A stretch of 64,000 nucleotides of DNA from Promethearchaeota archaeon (GTDB taxonomy: Archaea > Asgardarchaeota > Lokiarchaeia > Sigyniarchaeales > SOKP01), in assembly GCA_029838195.1 (NCBI GenBank), contig JALGVJ010000017.1, forward strand, positions 64,001 to 128,000, given 5' to 3'. Under the pieces are notes generated by a model. That model was not told the DNA's origin. It did no database searches and saw only the letters and a program-made list of their open reading frames with translations. Positions within the stretch are counted from its first letter, which is position 1; each line of letters opens with the position of its first letter. A program made the position numbers and the translations under genes. Positions 61,994 to 64,000 of the stretch are shown one piece after another.

Positions 61994-62254
61994 AAAGGCA
62001 ATTAATTCCTAAAAGTACAGATCCGTCCGTATTGCGAAGAATAGAGCAATGAAAAAGAGAAATGAAAAAGAGACACATGTTTTTTGAAGAAACGTGCATT
62101 ATTACCTCTTCGGTAAGAGAAGGAATAAAGTTGAACGTGGACATGGGTTCATGAAACCTTACATTTTTAAGAAAAAATTTTCATTAAAATACATGACTCA
62201 TGTCATTTGAGATAAGTTCATGCTCATATAAGAATTAAATAGATAATATAAAAA
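61994..62254 (+). repeat. About 260 bp direct repeat, right copy (decayed osmC 3' fragment)
   Basis: Matches 46483-46754; has TGC changed to TGA at the first Cys codon and an 11 bp deletion near its 5' edge. Confidence 0.95.
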
Positions 62255-62271
62255 CATGCCGAAGAGGATTC

Positions 62272-62859
62272 ATGTCGGAATATAACGGAGAAAATACTTT
62301 TATTGAATGCCTCTGGATATTAGATAGCCGTTCGGGAATCTGTATCTTTGAGCAAAATTATGTTGATATCACGAAAGATAACGTGTCGGTCGATATCATT
62401 TCAAGTTTTTTTTCTGCCATCTTAAGCATAGCAAGAGAATCGTTTGTCGACCAGATTCAATATATCAAGTTTTCAAAACGAAAAATTTTCTTCAAATTTC
62501 ATGAAGATCTTTTATTCATTATTTCGGTAAAAGATACACCACGAGGTAATGACTTTTGGGTTCAAAAAACCATTCAACAGATAGCTGAACAATTTATCGC
62601 AAAATACAAACCTCAATTAATGAATTTTGATGGAAATATCTCCCAATTTAATGGGTTTTCAGACGATTTGGAAAAAATCGTGAGAGAAAAACCCTTACCC
62701 TTGAGAATCCTGCAAGTAGAGCAACTAAAAGAAGGTTTCAAGAAGTTCATTTCCTTTCAAATTAAATTATATAAAAAACGAAAAAAGGCTTTCGAGAAAA
62801 TCATCGAGCAAATTAAAAAGGATTTCATGGATAATTATCGGTATTTAAATAAACTATAA
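62272..62859 (+). CDS. Longin-like domain protein with basic C-terminal helix (Asgard-type)
   Basis: LWILDSRSGICIFEQ, IISSFFSAILS, IQYIKF and F..KY..FDGNISQF pattern. Confidence 0.65.
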   Translation: MSEYNGENTFIECLWILDSRSGICIFEQNYVDITKDNVSVDIISSFFSAILSIARESFVDQIQYIKFSKRKIFFKFHEDLLFIISVKDTPRGNDFWVQKTIQQIAEQFIAKYKPQLMNFDGNISQFNGFSDDLEKIVREKPLPLRILQVEQLKEGFKKFISFQIKLYKKRKKAFEKIIEQIKKDFMDNYRYLNKL

Positions 62860-63025
62860 ATTATGCCTTAATTTCGCTTTTTTCCTTTTTTTTCTTTGAA
62901 TGAGCCCAACCTTCTTTATTTATTAATACATGGTAATGAGTTAACTATATTAAGAATCACATCACGTTTAATAATTATATGTGCTTTTTGTATCTAATAC
63001 AATTATAAAAATAAATGAAAAAATC

Positions 63026-64000
63026 ATGGCAGAAGATAAAGAATTAAAACGTGGGCTGAACTTGCCCATGGCTATTTTCATAATCATTGGAATGGTGATA
63101 GGTTCAAGCATCTGGATTTCTCCTGCAGCATGGCTGTCGAGAACCGGACCTGCTATTTTTATCTCTTATCTTATCGCCGTCATTCCTGCAATATTCGTGG
63201 CATACATCGCTGCATATATTGGGGCGGCGCTACCGGTTGCGGGGGGTACCTACATGATTAACTCACGCTTATTCAAGAGTAGTTTCCTGGGATTTTTAAG
63301 CGTTTGGTTAGTTATTTTAGCAGTAAGTGCTGCTTTAGCCTTTTTATCCGCGACTTTCGCTGTATTTCTCTCAGAAATCCTTCTAATTGCCGAGGAATCT
63401 AAAATGGCATTCGTGATTGGAGTAGGAGTTATTGTGTTGGTTGCTTTTTACATTCTGAACTTTTTTAAAGTGGAAATCACCGGGCTCGTGGAAATGATCA
63501 TCACGATTTTTGGAGATATCTTGGTAATGTTGATTTTTATTTTTGCTGCCATCCCTGCGTTTAAAGTCAAGAATTTTCAACCGCTCATGCCCTTAGGATT
63601 TAGTCCTGTATTGTTTGCCGCTTTAACTTTTTATTTTTCGTACACTGGTTTCACTCTTATCATCGACGTAGCCGGGGAGGTAAAAAAACCTCAGAGAAAC
63701 ATTCCTTTAGCTCTTTTAATAAGCATACCTCTCTTGACTATTCTTTATACCTTGCAAGCCCTGATGGTAGCGGGACTGCAGCCTTATGATCAACCGGTAG
63801 GAACGGTGACGGAAATCATCTTAACGGGAGGATTACTTCCTCAAGGCACCATTATTTTCATTACGATTCTTATTGCCATTGCAATCGCCTCGACCTTGCA
63901 TCCCTTATATTTGGCATTCTCCCGTGATCTCTTAATGGCAGGAAGAGATCAGTTATTTCCGGCTAAATTAGCTAAAGTACATGAAAGATTCAAAACACCC
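63026..64000 (+). CDS. APC-family amino acid permease (runs off the window end)
   Basis: MAEDKELKRGL..GMVIGSSI, LPVAGGTY, AGEVKKPQRNIPLA and GRDQLFP..VHERFKTP motifs; absent from the ORF track because there is no stop in the window. Confidence 0.9.
   Translation, partial: MAEDKELKRGLNLPMAIFIIIGMVIGSSIWISPAAWLSRTGPAIFISYLIAVIPAIFVAYIAAYIGAALPVAGGTYMINSRLFKSSFLGFLSVWLVILAVSAALAFLSATFAVFLSEILLIAEESKMAFVIGVGVIVLVAFYILNFFKVEITGLVEMIITIFGDILVMLIFIFAAIPAFKVKNFQPLMPLGFSPVLFAALTFYFSYTGFTLIIDVAGEVKKPQRNIPLALLISIPLLTILYTLQALMVAGLQPYDQPVGTVTEIILTGGLLPQGTIIFITILIAIAIASTLHPLYLAFSRDLLMAGRDQLFPAKLAKVHERFKTP

Noticed and set aside
202-63580. Numerous 60-140 aa ORFs antisense to or overlapping the assigned genes
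   Set aside because: Shadow ORFs of well-supported genes with no motifs of their own

Overview
AT-rich archaeal chromosome segment. Gene content points to Asgard archaea, probably Lokiarchaeia (inference): longin/uDENN-like small proteins, HTH-V4R/Bet3-like regulators, 7TM paralogs, many GPH-type MFS transporters, QueG/RdhA-like proteins and an fwd-like operon. No rRNA, tRNA, CRISPR array, integrase or transposase was recognised. Main points: (1) a single-chain 2x6TM K+ channel (24457-26481) with asymmetric GYG/GFG filters, degenerate S4 segments and zinc-binding modules. (2) A ~15.5 kb island (46.75-62.0 kb) bounded by a ~260 bp direct repeat of the osmC 3' end. It carries two sulfatases, two intact and one decayed cobalamin/Fe-S QueG/RdhA-like genes, an FATP-type acyl-CoA ligase, an MFS and two HTH-V4R regulators; a GTGATAATCAC-like palindrome occurs in all three divergent promoter regions. 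(3) An fwdG-B-D-A-like operon without fwdC and with substituted active-site residues, divergent from a non-pyrrolysine MttB-family methyltransferase. (4) Three duplication or direct-repeat junctions with no mobile-element gene, plus many pseudogene remnants. All family assignments come from motif recognition by eye; no database search was run.
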